A stretch of 64,000 nucleotides of DNA, taken from a virus. Shown here one piece after another: positions 53,840 to 63,936 of this stretch. A model generated the notes under the pieces. The model was not told the origin of the DNA, ran no database searches, and saw only the letters and a list, made by a program, of their open reading frames with translations. The translations under genes were made by a program, and so were the position numbers. Position 1 is the first letter of the stretch; every line of letters begins with the position of its first letter. Location of the stretch: IMG/VR virus record IMGVR_UViG_3300031784_000026, positions 3,012 to 67,011 of that record. One strand, 5' to 3'.

Positions 53840-55704
53840 TAGCGCCTACCGTCTGGCTGGATTTCAATGCGCGGCGATCCAAGAGACCACCGCGTCCCTA
53901 CCTTGTTGCTACCAACCCTAAAGGTTACTTGCCGCCCACGCAAACGTGTAAACACCTGCGTTGTGAACTGTTCAATCGGAACTGTAGCACTCTGTGCTAC
54001 AGTATTCGTAGAACTGCTTGAGTAGTTCGACCCCGGGAACTGCTGCATCTTCAACGTCATAGTAGCCTGCGGGCTATCTGTTGAGTTGATAAAGGTCAGG
54101 TCTGGAATGATCTTTTTCACGAAGGCAAACTGATCACCCTCACCGATATCGAACGGCGAGCTTTCGATGTACGAGTTGATTGCGACAGGCGGGTTAGCAC
54201 TACCATCGTCCGTCCCGAGTTCTTGATTGTAGAGGTAGCGATCAGGCGAAGCGGCAATCGGATATTGGTTTGTGCCGCGATCAAGCCATGCAGTACGTGC
54301 AAGTGTTCCATACGACCATGCTTTTTCTGCATAGTTGTACGTGACATAGACGTCGTTCTCCGACGAGTTTGCTGTCGGATAGAACCATGTGATCTCATTG
54401 TACTCAGAATTGACGGCAGCGTAGACCTTGTCCGTCTCTTCCATGTTGATATTTGTAAACACATGATTCTTGATGGGGCAGGGCAACTCATCGGTTCTAC
54501 CGTTATAGATGTAGAACTTACCCATACCCATCCAAAAGACATTGTCTTCGACGGTTGCGTAGCAGTTGTAACCAATCGACGTGATGTTCGATGCAATCGG
54601 GTTGATGCCGAATGTGTATGGCGGACCCAAGAACTGCAACGAGTAGAGCGACAAGTCCGTCCAGACAAGAATTTCGCGCTTGGTTTCGATGGCACGGATG
54701 ATGTGTGTACCGGCACCGAGACGTAAATCACCCGCCGTGTTTGTGGCAGACGGTGTCCAGACAGTCGGATCTTCCTGTGTGCTGAACCGAATCAGAAGCG
54801 GATCTTGCGCGGGATTGATACTGCCGTCGTTGTTGATGAAGTTGTTTGCACCAAAGGCAATAACGTGGCGATCATTGTCCGAAACGATGATCTGTGTGGC
54901 GATTGTCGGGCAAGAAGGGTCAGTGGACAGAGAATCAAGTTCAACCCCCCGTACACCAGTGCCAGTTGTTGCATCCCAATAATAGATGCCACCGTCACGT
55001 ACGTTGAAGATCAAGTCCTCACCGAAGTTATCCGAAGCCCAAAGACGAAGAGTATTACCCACACTGAGCGTTGTCGCTGAACCCCAGCCACCACGACCCC
55101 ATGTGCCTGCACCCCAACCTGTGCCGCCGACCTGTGTATCGAGGCCAGAGTTGATTTGATAGGCAGCCGTGACAGTGCCACCATTGCCTGTGTCAGAAGC
55201 ATTGGCTGTTGCAGAAGCTGTGATCTGATAGTTGTCAGCATCAACAACGAATGTAATCTGATGTTCTTGGTTCAACACTGATGCTGTGATGTTGCCACCA
55301 AGACCCGTTGCGCCAGAGAACGTGACATAGTCCCCGGTGAACGCGCCGTGGTTCACGTCATAGACGTTGATGACAGCACTGCCGTTTGTTGCTGTCAGCG
55401 GACTTGTGAGCGTGACAGTGTCACGGAGAGGAGTGATGTCAAATAACTCCTGACCACTTTCAATGTAGAACTTACTTGTTGTTCCGATGCCTAAGTAGTT
55501 TGCACCACTCAAAGCAATCCAGTTATTGAGTTCGCGGCAGGTGCCAAGGAATTGTGTGGTCGCGTATTTCTGCCATCCGCCCACGGACTGCGGAAAGCCG
55601 TTACGAAAGCGTACAAGGTTGCCATCATACCAGCCGCCCTCGTTCGTGTATGATGACACGTCCTTGATGATTCCGGGGCGAAACTGAAGTTTTTGTAATG
55701 GCAT
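53839..55704 (-). CDS. Tail stabilisation / tubular protein B-like (P22 gp10-like)
   Basis: MPLQKLQFRPG start, RLWASDNFGEDL, IRFSTQED, EITWFYP, ARTAWLD, RLRGRQ, DGRR end. Confidence 0.75.
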   Translation of the reverse strand: MPLQKLQFRPGIIKDVSSYTNEGGWYDGNLVRFRNGFPQSVGGWQKYATTQFLGTCRELNNWIALSGANYLGIGTTSKFYIESGQELFDITPLRDTVTLTSPLTATNGSAVINVYDVNHGAFTGDYVTFSGATGLGGNITASVLNQEHQITFVVDADNYQITASATANASDTGNGGTVTAAYQINSGLDTQVGGTGWGAGTWGRGGWGSATTLSVGNTLRLWASDNFGEDLIFNVRDGGIYYWDATTGTGVRGVELDSLSTDPSCPTIATQIIVSDNDRHVIAFGANNFINNDGSINPAQDPLLIRFSTQEDPTVWTPSATNTAGDLRLGAGTHIIRAIETKREILVWTDLSLYSLQFLGPPYTFGINPIASNITSIGYNCYATVEDNVFWMGMGKFYIYNGRTDELPCPIKNHVFTNINMEETDKVYAAVNSEYNEITWFYPTANSSENDVYVTYNYAEKAWSYGTLARTAWLDRGTNQYPIAASPDRYLYNQELGTDDGSANPPVAINSYIESSPFDIGEGDQFAFVKKIIPDLTFINSTDSPQATMTLKMQQFPGSNYSSSSTNTVAQSATVPIEQFTTQVFTRLRGRQVTFRVGSNKVGTRWSLGSPRIEIQPDGRR

Positions 55705-55708
55705 GTTA

Positions 55709-56746
55709 TTAGACCGTATAAGTGCCTGAGCCAGTGAAAGTAATAAGTGTATAACCACCAGATGTGCTAATGCTTGCAGAACCTGTATAAGTACCTGAGT
55801 ACTGGCTTGTTGGCACAGCGATAATTACAACACCCTGATAGCCGTTACCGCCGTATGCAACAAAAGTTGCGCTGTCGCCACCGGCTGCGCCAGCACCGCC
55901 ACCGCCACCGCCGTAGAATGTAGCATTGCCACCTGTATTACCGCCACCGTTTGCACCGGCACCGCCACCACCGGATCCACCCGCAGCCCCACTGCCGCTA
56001 CTTGATGCACCACCACCGCCACCACCAGCATAGGTGACGCTGTTAATTGACCAAGTGTGGCCGTTACCGCCTACACCAGCATACGTTCCTGCCGCTCCAG
56101 CGCCACCACCGCCACCGCCTCGCGTCTGACCGGTAGCAGATCCGCCGCCAGCGTTTCCGTAGAAGGTTGAGAACGAGCCTGTGCCGGAAGTAGCAGAGCC
56201 AACGCTTGCACCCCATGACGAACCGCCACCAGAGCCGCCGTTACCGCCGCTCTGATCCAACCCACGACGACCGCTTGTGATACCGCCGCCACCGCCACCA
56301 TAGGCTGTTATGGTGTTGGTCAAGAATGAGAGGGTGCTGTTGCCCCCTCTACCGTTTGCTGTGTTTCCAGCTTGTGAGGTGTTTGTTGCAGCGCCGCCAG
56401 ATCCGACGGTTACGCTAATTACCGTACCGATAAGTATCGTTGTGCTTCCAACGCCAACACCGCCCGCGCCACCGCCGCCGGGACCCGGTTGTTGTTGGTC
56501 TGTGCCACCACCAGCACCGCCGCCACCAACCACAATCCAGTTTGTGTTTACGAGAGGATTGGTCCCGGTCGTGCTGTAGAACGCCGTCATAGCAAGGTTT
56601 GACGAAGGAAACGTCCCTGATGAACCGTTTGAATAGTAATAAGTTATGCCACGGTAGTCAGACAAGGCATAGGTATTCACAGCAGGAAACGCGTCTTTAA
56701 TGTCCTGCATCGTTATTGTACCAGAAGAGGGGCAGTATGTAGGCAT
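55709..56746 (-). CDS. Glycine-rich adhesin-like protein
   Basis: N-terminal SSGTITMQDI...LSDYRG domain then Gly-rich domain. Confidence 0.75.
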   Translation of the reverse strand: MPTYCPSSGTITMQDIKDAFPAVNTYALSDYRGITYYYSNGSSGTFPSSNLAMTAFYSTTGTNPLVNTNWIVVGGGGAGGGTDQQQPGPGGGGAGGVGVGSTTILIGTVISVTVGSGGAATNTSQAGNTANGRGGNSTLSFLTNTITAYGGGGGGITSGRRGLDQSGGNGGSGGGSSWGASVGSATSGTGSFSTFYGNAGGGSATGQTRGGGGGGAGAAGTYAGVGGNGHTWSINSVTYAGGGGGGASSSGSGAAGGSGGGGAGANGGGNTGGNATFYGGGGGGAGAAGGDSATFVAYGGNGYQGVVIIAVPTSQYSGTYTGSASISTSGGYTLITFTGSGTYTV

Positions 56747-57765
56747 TACTTAGCCTCCAAAGCTTCCACCTTAGCCTTAAGTTCCTTGATTGCCTCTATA
56801 AGCAAAGGAACAAGACGCTCGTATCGAACAGTCATGTATTGTGGGTCGATTGGTGCTTCGGCAACAATCTCCGGCATGACAGCAGCAACCTCTTGGGCTG
56901 ACACGCCGACTTCCTTCTTAACGTCGTAACCCAAGGCTTGAGCTAGTTCGTTTGCCTGATAATAGAAACCCGATAGAGATTGAACCTTGTCCAGCGGGCT
57001 ATCAATTGCACCGAGCCGTGTCTTCAGCCGCTCGTCAGAATAGTAGGCTGTCACGTTACCGGTCGAGCGAAGTTCGCCAACGGTAATAATTGACGGGAGA
57101 TCAATAGTAATAGACCCTGTGCCATTCGTAATCGAAATGTTGCTACCAGCCGTCAACGTAGCTTTGGTAAGCGTGTTGCCCGTGCTGTTGCCAATTAAGA
57201 GCTGACCGTTTGTGTAGGTCGTTTGTCCAGTTCCACCGTTTGCTACAGGCAATGTCCCCGTGATGGACGAACTGAGTGAGATGTTGCTGAATGTGTTTGA
57301 AGCGCCGCTCATGGTCTTGCCGGTGAGCGTCTGTGCGCCGTCTTCCGTGACAGGAGCGTTGGCGACCTCGATCACGTCGGTCGAGTTTGTATATACAATT
57401 GCCTTCTTACCAGCCTTGATAATGACGCCAGTTTGGCCCGAGACCTTGACGGTCACTGTGTAGCCGCCGGTTGTGTTGTTGTAGAAGATATATGGCTTAT
57501 CGACGGCAGGCACTTCAACGGTGCGGTTTGCTGTCAAAACGCCTGTCAGCTCAAGGACATAGTTACGACCGTTTGAGGATGCGCCGTTAGGGATTGTGAG
57601 GACGGTGGGGCTTGCGCTGTCAGCAACGGCCTGCGTGACATAGCCAACAATCGCCTCTTCCATAATGGTGCCGAGGTTTGTGTTGGTCGTCGAACCCCAA
57701 GTACCGGACTGATCGCCTGTACCCATCAGGTTGATTTTAAGATTGGTTGAATAGGTACTGGTCAT
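56746..57765 (-). CDS. Tail fibre with C-terminal intramolecular chaperone (peptidase S74)
   Basis: YSDERLK...GVSAQEV..VMPE...VRYERLVPLLIEAIKEL. Confidence 0.85.
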   Translation of the reverse strand: MTSTYSTNLKINLMGTGDQSGTWGSTTNTNLGTIMEEAIVGYVTQAVADSASPTVLTIPNGASSNGRNYVLELTGVLTANRTVEVPAVDKPYIFYNNTTGGYTVTVKVSGQTGVIIKAGKKAIVYTNSTDVIEVANAPVTEDGAQTLTGKTMSGASNTFSNISLSSSITGTLPVANGGTGQTTYTNGQLLIGNSTGNTLTKATLTAGSNISITNGTGSITIDLPSIITVGELRSTGNVTAYYSDERLKTRLGAIDSPLDKVQSLSGFYYQANELAQALGYDVKKEVGVSAQEVAAVMPEIVAEAPIDPQYMTVRYERLVPLLIEAIKELKAKVEALEAK

Positions 57766-57806
57766 GAAACGGTCCTCTTACATGCAAAAGCAGTATACTC
57801 TTTATG

Positions 57807-58439
57807 TCAGCTTGGTTCAATCGGCGTCCAGATAGAAGCGTCAGATGGTTCAATCTCCGTCCAGATTGAGCCGGGTGTCGGGTTCATTTGAGCCCATGTA
57901 CCAGCCTCAACAGGAACAACCTGCGTCCAGATTGAGCCGGGAGCAGGTGTGATGCCATTCCAGCTTGATCCGGGGTCGGGGATGATTTGGCCCCAGACCA
58001 AGACCTGACCGGCATAACCTGTGGCCTGTACGCCAGTGACGTACACATTGGCGTCGTAGATTGTAACGACGGTGCCGACAAGGGCGTTGGCTGACAAACC
58101 ATTTGGAAACACCGTGGCATCGAGAACCACGGTAACGTCATTGGTGTAGCCTGTCCCAACTACACCCGTCGGGTAGACATTGGCGTCGTAAATTACGGAT
58201 ACGTCACCAACGTACCCTGTAGCCGACAAACCGGTAAGGTCGATATTGGCGTCGCCAGTGGCGAGGGCGATACCGACTTCACCTGTACCAACAACGCCCG
58301 TGACGCTGACGCTTGAGTCAAGATTAACCGTTAGAACGCCAACAAACCCCGTGGCATAAAGGCCATCGGGGTAGACGTTCATGCTTCCAGTTTGGAACCC
58401 GTTCCACTGGAAGGCATTTGGCTGGAAAGCTTTGACCAC
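57807..58439 (-). CDS. Val/Thr/Gly repeat structural protein
   Basis: Repeated VxxTGxxATGxVG units and C-terminal W-repeats. Confidence 0.7.
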   Translation of the reverse strand: MVKAFQPNAFQWNGFQTGSMNVYPDGLYATGFVGVLTVNLDSSVSVTGVVGTGEVGIALATGDANIDLTGLSATGYVGDVSVIYDANVYPTGVVGTGYTNDVTVVLDATVFPNGLSANALVGTVVTIYDANVYVTGVQATGYAGQVLVWGQIIPDPGSSWNGITPAPGSIWTQVVPVEAGTWAQMNPTPGSIWTEIEPSDASIWTPIEPS

Positions 58440-58457
58440 GGCCCTACCCTAAACCAG

Positions 58458-59396
58458 CTAAGATATGGTGTAAGTGCTAGATGCAAAATCAATCGGCAAG
58501 AAATACTCAATCGTCATTACGCCTTGAAAAAGATTGCTTCCGTCCGATGACGATAGATTAGTGATCAACACGTTACTTGTAGATGTATTGAAAGAAAGAC
58601 CGGGAATGTTTGTTCCACTGTCATACCTAAAGATTTGAACAGGTGCGGCTGTTCCGCCATCCCAGTAGTACATAGCGTAAATGTGTCCGTTGCCTTTTGC
58701 GCCCGTGTGACCGCAAAGAGAAATGCGTATCATGCTACGGAATCCGTTTGCACCCGTTCCTGTGACACGGCTGATCTCCTGCGATGCAGTAACACCAATA
58801 GAGAAAACCTCCTGTGTGTAATACCCCGCCCCGGGAACAGATGAATTACCGTTCATGAAAATGGTGGCTGGGCTGGAATTACTCGCCGTGCCACGGATAT
58901 TTAATATCCTGCCGCCACTGGTATCGTATTGAGTTGGATTGGTGGAATTGATGCCTACGTTGCCGGAGGAGTCGATACGCATACGTTCTGTAGCGTTTGT
59001 AAAAAATGTTAACGGAACAACTGATCCATTATATAGAAATCCACCACCACCAAGATTAGGATCGTTACTTGAACCTACAATTAAAGTATTACTGGTAGAG
59101 GTAAACGTTGCTCTTGATTGTGCAGATGATCCACTGTTTGTATTTTGAATATTGACAGAGAATGCTCCTGAAGAAGAACCTTGCACATCAAGTTTATAAC
59201 CCGGCGAATTCGTCCCGATCCCAACATTACCTGACGAGTCAACGCGCATACGCTCACTACCACCAGTAGTCCAAGCAATCGTATCTGCCGCAGGGAAGAA
59301 CTCACCTGTGTTGGTATCACTACCTTGCACTGCGGGGGTAGAGGCAGAGCCGTCAACGCCAGCGATACCAGTTGTTCCGTTAATTGTTACGGGCAT
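58458..59396 (-). CDS. Tail fibre-like protein
   Basis: Two ERMRxDSSGNVGI shaft repeats. Confidence 0.75.
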   Translation of the reverse strand: MPVTINGTTGIAGVDGSASTPAVQGSDTNTGEFFPAADTIAWTTGGSERMRVDSSGNVGIGTNSPGYKLDVQGSSSGAFSVNIQNTNSGSSAQSRATFTSTSNTLIVGSSNDPNLGGGGFLYNGSVVPLTFFTNATERMRIDSSGNVGINSTNPTQYDTSGGRILNIRGTASNSSPATIFMNGNSSVPGAGYYTQEVFSIGVTASQEISRVTGTGANGFRSMIRISLCGHTGAKGNGHIYAMYYWDGGTAAPVQIFRYDSGTNIPGLSFNTSTSNVLITNLSSSDGSNLFQGVMTIEYFLPIDFASSTYTIS

Positions 59397-59404
59397 GTCT
59401 CACC

Positions 59405-60625
59405 TCAGTAATAAATAGCCACAAAACCAGAACCGCCACCGGCTGAAGTATACTGTGATGCCGATTGAACTTGGTTTCCGCCAACAGCATAATGGCTCCA
59501 GTTGTCATATCCATCATATGTTTTTGGTAGATCAGGATCATCATACATTGCTGGGCGAAACTCTTCTCCAGTATAGGTAGCGCCGTTTAAAACTGTTGAT
59601 CCGATATATCCAGAGCCGCCACCACCGCCAGCCATAGTATTTGTTTCAAAATAACCGCCGCCACCGCCGCCGTAATATCCACCGCCGCCACCGCCGCCGT
59701 AAGCCTGATTCCCACCATACCCTCCAGTTAATGCACTTCCAGCAGAGCCAGCAGTGCTGGAGCTGGTTCCTGCTGCACCCCCCGAAGATTGAGTGCCGCC
59801 GCCACCTGCGGCGGCGTATCTTCCGTCATAGGAAGCGGCACCATTCTGTCCAGTTAACCCCCCGCCAGCTCCGCCCCAATTACCGTTAATCATGCGGCTG
59901 CATCCACCGCCACCGCCACCGCCTGCAATCATAACAGCGTTTGCTTGCGTCACTGATGTACGAAAAATTCCGCTGTACCCACCGCCGCCGCCGACATAAC
60001 GGTTGTCCGTATTAGAATATATCCCACCACCTCCACCGTAAATTGGTGTTTGACCCCCGGCATAATTTGTTTGGCCGCCACGTCCAACAACGATGATTAG
60101 TGATTCTCCTGCTGTGACAGGAATAATCCCTGTTGAATGACCTCCGCCGCCACCGCGCATCCCATAGTTCCAACCACCTTGGTTTCCACCACCACCTCCA
60201 GCGCCCCACATCTTAACAAGGATGTGGGCTATACCAGCAGGAACCGTCCACGTTTGGTTGGCGTTAGTGCAAGAAAAAGTAACTTTTGTTTTCCCAGATG
60301 GAAGCGCATAGAGAGGTTGCACCGGGAAAGGCATTGTCCCACGTTGTGCGCCGAAAGTTCCTGCCACTGACATTGTCATGACCGGAGATGATGTATTCAC
60401 ACCAAGAGTTGTTGGGTTAAAACCGCCAGAAGGTGTGAACGACCCTGTGACAACAAGATTTCCAGTAACGGTCGCATTTCCAGATACAGTGGCATTTCCA
60501 GTAACGGTCGCATTTCCAGATACAGTGGCATTCGCCCCAGTCGTAAGATTACCGCTCGGGTCAAGCGTAATATTAACCGTCGTAGACGATGGGTTCTGGA
60601 TGTTTGTGGCTTTGAGGGTGGACAT
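59405..60625 (-). CDS. Glycine-rich adhesin-like protein
   Basis: QTWTVPAG...KMWGAGGGGG...GGGGGYYGGGGG. Confidence 0.8.
   Translation of the reverse strand: MSTLKATNIQNPSSTTVNITLDPSGNLTTGANATVSGNATVTGNATVSGNATVTGNLVVTGSFTPSGGFNPTTLGVNTSSPVMTMSVAGTFGAQRGTMPFPVQPLYALPSGKTKVTFSCTNANQTWTVPAGIAHILVKMWGAGGGGGNQGGWNYGMRGGGGGHSTGIIPVTAGESLIIVVGRGGQTNYAGGQTPIYGGGGGIYSNTDNRYVGGGGGYSGIFRTSVTQANAVMIAGGGGGGGCSRMINGNWGGAGGGLTGQNGAASYDGRYAAAGGGGTQSSGGAAGTSSSTAGSAGSALTGGYGGNQAYGGGGGGGYYGGGGGGYFETNTMAGGGGGSGYIGSTVLNGATYTGEEFRPAMYDDPDLPKTYDGYDNWSHYAVGGNQVQSASQYTSAGGGSGFVAIYY
60458..60529 (+). repeat. Perfect 36-bp tandem duplication
   Basis: ATTTCCAGTAACGGTCGCATTTCCAGATACAGTGGC twice; encodes (ATVSGNATVTGN)2. 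Confidence 0.9.
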
Positions 60626-60634
60626 AAATGTACC

Positions 60635-61777
60635 TTAAGTTGTGAAGGTGCCAGAAGTTGTAAACGTGTGAATGGTGTACCCGCCCGATGAAGTTACTGT
60701 TCCACCCGTCGCTACCTGTGCCCCCAAGTAACGTATAATCACGATGCCAGAACCCCCGTTTCCACCAATATATATAGAGATACCCTGACCTCCACCTCCG
60801 CCGCCGGTATTTGCTCCACCTGATCCACCTGTTGCAGACGAAGAGGAGGCTGTTCCATTCCCACCGGTGTTTAAGGCAGAACCACCTCCAGTACCCGGTG
60901 TGCCGGGGGAGGCTGGATACAGGGCACCGCCGCCACCGCCACCAAGCCCTCCGTTTCCTGCCGTGGCAGCCGTTGCGCTTGATTGGGCCCCACCGCCGCC
61001 GCCGCCAGCCCAATATAAGGATGTGCCATTGATTGCGGACACAAAGCCAATTCCGCCATTCCCAGACACGTTTGATCCCGTGTTTGCTGCACCAGCGCCG
61101 CCACCTCCACCTCCACCGGACGATGCGTAAGGGCCTGCGGTAGATGTTGTTGTGGTGCCGCCAGAAAATCCTTGACCTGAAGTAGCTGAGCCCCCGGCGG
61201 CAGTAGCGGGCCATCCCCCGCCTCCTCCAGAACCACCACTGCGCCCATTAGACGTGGAAGTATAACCGCTATTATAAGCTCCCCCACCGCCGCCACCTGA
61301 ACAGCTCGCTACCCCCGAGATGGAAGACGTGCCTCCATCCCCTCCCTGTGCTGTTCCTGTCGTTGCCCCGGATCCCCCAGATCCAACGGTAACCGTAACC
61401 GCAGATCCTGTAAGTACACCTGTAGATCCTGTGGAAACACCGCCGCCACCGCCGCCGCCAGCCGACCCGCCCCCACCGCCGCCAGCAACTACTAAATACT
61501 CAATAGACAAACTAGTGGCATAGTTTATCCAGCTCCCAGCATACTGCTCAAATTTTCCCGTTGTGGTGTTATAACGCACCATCCCATTTGCAGGACTAGC
61601 TGGTCTTTGCGCTGTTGTCCCCACAGGAACTGACAAGTAGCCCGTGCTTGTTGTCGCTGTGTCATACGCTGTCACGACACCTGTGACAGCAGGCAACGTA
61701 AGCGTGTTTGTCCCCGCAACCGCAGGTGCATCCACAATAATGTAACCAGATGTGGAGCCGTTGAGTTTTAATGGCAT
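60635..61777 (-). CDS. Glycine-rich fibre/adhesin protein
   Basis: MPLKLNG N-terminus, PVGTTAQRP module, Gly-rich domain. Confidence 0.8.
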   Translation of the reverse strand: MPLKLNGSTSGYIIVDAPAVAGTNTLTLPAVTGVVTAYDTATTSTGYLSVPVGTTAQRPASPANGMVRYNTTTGKFEQYAGSWINYATSLSIEYLVVAGGGGGGSAGGGGGGGVSTGSTGVLTGSAVTVTVGSGGSGATTGTAQGGDGGTSSISGVASCSGGGGGGAYNSGYTSTSNGRSGGSGGGGGWPATAAGGSATSGQGFSGGTTTTSTAGPYASSGGGGGGGAGAANTGSNVSGNGGIGFVSAINGTSLYWAGGGGGGAQSSATAATAGNGGLGGGGGGALYPASPGTPGTGGGSALNTGGNGTASSSSATGGSGGANTGGGGGGQGISIYIGGNGGSGIVIIRYLGAQVATGGTVTSSGGYTIHTFTTSGTFTT

Positions 61778-61780
61778 GGC

Positions 61781-62284
61781 TTACACAATCGTCCAAGTTG
61801 AGCCCGATGGCACCGTTACAGTGACACCAGAGTTGATGGTTATCTGACCTGCTGACAAAGCATTTTTTGTGGATGTTATAGTATAGTCTGCCGAAATTGT
61901 CTGGGCATTTTCAATGATCGCACCAGTCACGCTCAACTGACCTGTCGTGTCCCATGTTGGAGCCCCAGCAGAAAGACCGCCCGGAGCAATCGTTCCAGAT
62001 GACACGCCAACGTAGAGCACGTTGCCGAGCATCACGCCCCAGAAAGATGTGCCGGACGCAGGAGCAGGATTAAACGTAATCGTGCTGCCCGACACTGAAT
62101 AAGAGATCGCAGGCTCCTGCACAACACCGCCGAGCGAAATAACAAGTGCATTCGGGGTTCCCGGAGTAACGGGAGTTGCCGCCGCTGTCAGATTAAATGT
62201 TGTCGTAACGCCATTGAAGCCAGACGAGATGTCATCCAGCTTTTGATATGCGCCAACAAGAGGAGGGTTCCCGATGTAGCTCAT
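61781..62284 (-). CDS. Virion fibre-associated protein, paralog/allele of 576..1079
   Basis: Same length (167 aa), highly similar. Confidence 0.8.
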   Translation of the reverse strand: MSYIGNPPLVGAYQKLDDISSGFNGVTTTFNLTAAATPVTPGTPNALVISLGGVVQEPAISYSVSGSTITFNPAPASGTSFWGVMLGNVLYVGVSSGTIAPGGLSAGAPTWDTTGQLSVTGAIIENAQTISADYTITSTKNALSAGQITINSGVTVTVPSGSTWTIV

Positions 62285-63558
62285 GCGGTGTACGTCCCAG
62301 AGGCCGTGAATCTAAGAATGGTGTTAGATCCAGAAGTTGTTACTGTCGGAGATCCTGTGGTCACTCCTGAATAACTTACAGTTGGGAGAGAAAGAATAAC
62401 AACCCCAGATCCGCCGTTACCGCCGATCTGTTGCCAGCCACCTTGCGCGGAACCGCCAGCTCCGCCACCGCCACCGCCAGTATTTGCTGTGGCCGCTCCG
62501 CCAACACCTGTTTGACTAGCGCCGTTACCGCCACCGCCGAGGCCCCCAGTAGAGCCGGAGCCGCCATTATATCCGCCACCACCGCCGCCGCCGCCAGAAT
62601 AGTAGACAGCACTTCCTGTGATAGATGATTGAAGGCCAACGCCGCCATTAGCGCCATTGACTGTTGTTGTAGCTACACCAGCACCGCCCGCACCACCGCC
62701 GCCACCAGCACCGTTATTGTTTGGAGCCGCTGCGGAACCGCCGACGTTTCCATAAAAGGTAGAGTATGTTCCAGCGCCTCGTGTAGCACTTGCTGATGGT
62801 GCTGTTCTCGGTGTTCCACCACCACTTGAACCGCCCGTACTGGCAGTAGACGCATCAACGCAACCGTAGCCCCCACCATACGCTGTTTCAGTAACAGCAC
62901 CAAAACTAATTACCGAATTAGAACCGGACGTTGCGTTATTAGCATTAACAGCGGACCCACCTGCCCCAACTGTAACAGTGATGACAGTTCCGGGCACAAA
63001 CGTGACTGAACTTGCTAACCCCAAACCACCAGCACCGCCGCCCGAGCCGCCCGGCTGAGAGTTTGCGCCGCCACCGCCGCCACCACCAGCAGCAAGAAGC
63101 CATGAAATACTGTATGGACGAGCCAATCTTCCGGATGTGGAAGCATAGGGCAACCAACCCCTTGTGGAATCAACGTATACAAAATTTATCGCTAGACCAA
63201 GGGTGTTCAAAATAGCGTTGGTGGTAGCTCCTTGTAAATTTGCCCCACTTGGGTTGATTGTACAGTTGTTCGTTGCGAACGTGCTTGCGTAGTCAATAAT
63301 GACTATTGAGTCGCCGATAGAAGGGGAAGACGGAAAAGTTACAGTTATTGCCCCACTTGTTGTGTTAACAGGATATCCTCTTCCGGAAACCGCCGTAAAG
63401 TTTGTAGTTTGAACAGCTTGCCAAACTAGGCCGGGAGATGCCCATGCACCATCTCCCCTCAAAAATGTTGAGGAGGAAGGAGTTCCTGTAGCACTTAAAT
63501 TAGATACAGAGATTGCCCCGCTAGAAACAAACCCTGATCCGATTTTAGTCTGTGGCAT
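62281..63558 (-). CDS. Glycine-rich fibre/adhesin protein
   Basis: MPQTKIGSGF, TFLRGDG and WQAVQTTNF modules, Gly-rich domain. Confidence 0.8.
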   Translation of the reverse strand: MPQTKIGSGFVSSGAISVSNLSATGTPSSSTFLRGDGAWASPGLVWQAVQTTNFTAVSGRGYPVNTTSGAITVTFPSSPSIGDSIVIIDYASTFATNNCTINPSGANLQGATTNAILNTLGLAINFVYVDSTRGWLPYASTSGRLARPYSISWLLAAGGGGGGGANSQPGGSGGGAGGLGLASSVTFVPGTVITVTVGAGGSAVNANNATSGSNSVISFGAVTETAYGGGYGCVDASTASTGGSSGGGTPRTAPSASATRGAGTYSTFYGNVGGSAAAPNNNGAGGGGGAGGAGVATTTVNGANGGVGLQSSITGSAVYYSGGGGGGGGYNGGSGSTGGLGGGGNGASQTGVGGAATANTGGGGGGAGGSAQGGWQQIGGNGGSGVVILSLPTVSYSGVTTGSPTVTTSGSNTILRFTASGTYTA

Positions 63559-63926
63559 TACTCAACTACTTTCCACGATGTTGTAGTTTCATCCCAAACA
63601 TAAAGTTTGCCGTCAGTAGGATAAGGTGTCGGCGCTTCCCATGTCCATGTATCATGATTCAATGTCCATGAAGGATATGGTTGCGGCGCATAGAACACAT
63701 CGTGAGATGGATCATAAGTAAAACCAATACCAGCGTAGTTGCCGCGCAAAGCAGGCTGACCGCTTGGCTCTTGGCTATCAGGTTTATAGTGGACGTTGCC
63801 GCGTGTGTTGTACGAGGTTTGAAGCCATGTACCCGGCGAGCTATCGACAAAGGTTTGGAAGAACTCTGGTTCTGCCACGATGACCTGAACAACTTTTCCA
63901 TCAACTACTTTTGCAAAATGTCCCAT
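63558..63926 (-). CDS. 122 aa protein, paralog/allele of 2200..2568
   Basis: Near-identical protein with many synonymous changes. Confidence 0.85.
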   Translation of the reverse strand: MGHFAKVVDGKVVQVIVAEPEFFQTFVDSSPGTWLQTSYNTRGNVHYKPDSQEPSGQPALRGNYAGIGFTYDPSHDVFYAPQPYPSWTLNHDTWTWEAPTPYPTDGKLYVWDETTTSWKVVE

Positions 63927-63936
63927 GTTTTCCTCT

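Noticed and set aside
55709-63558. Diversity-generating retroelement or invertase shufflon behind adhesin variation
   Set aside because: No reverse transcriptase or recombinase, no adenine-specific TR/VR pair seen, and all modules are co-oriented.
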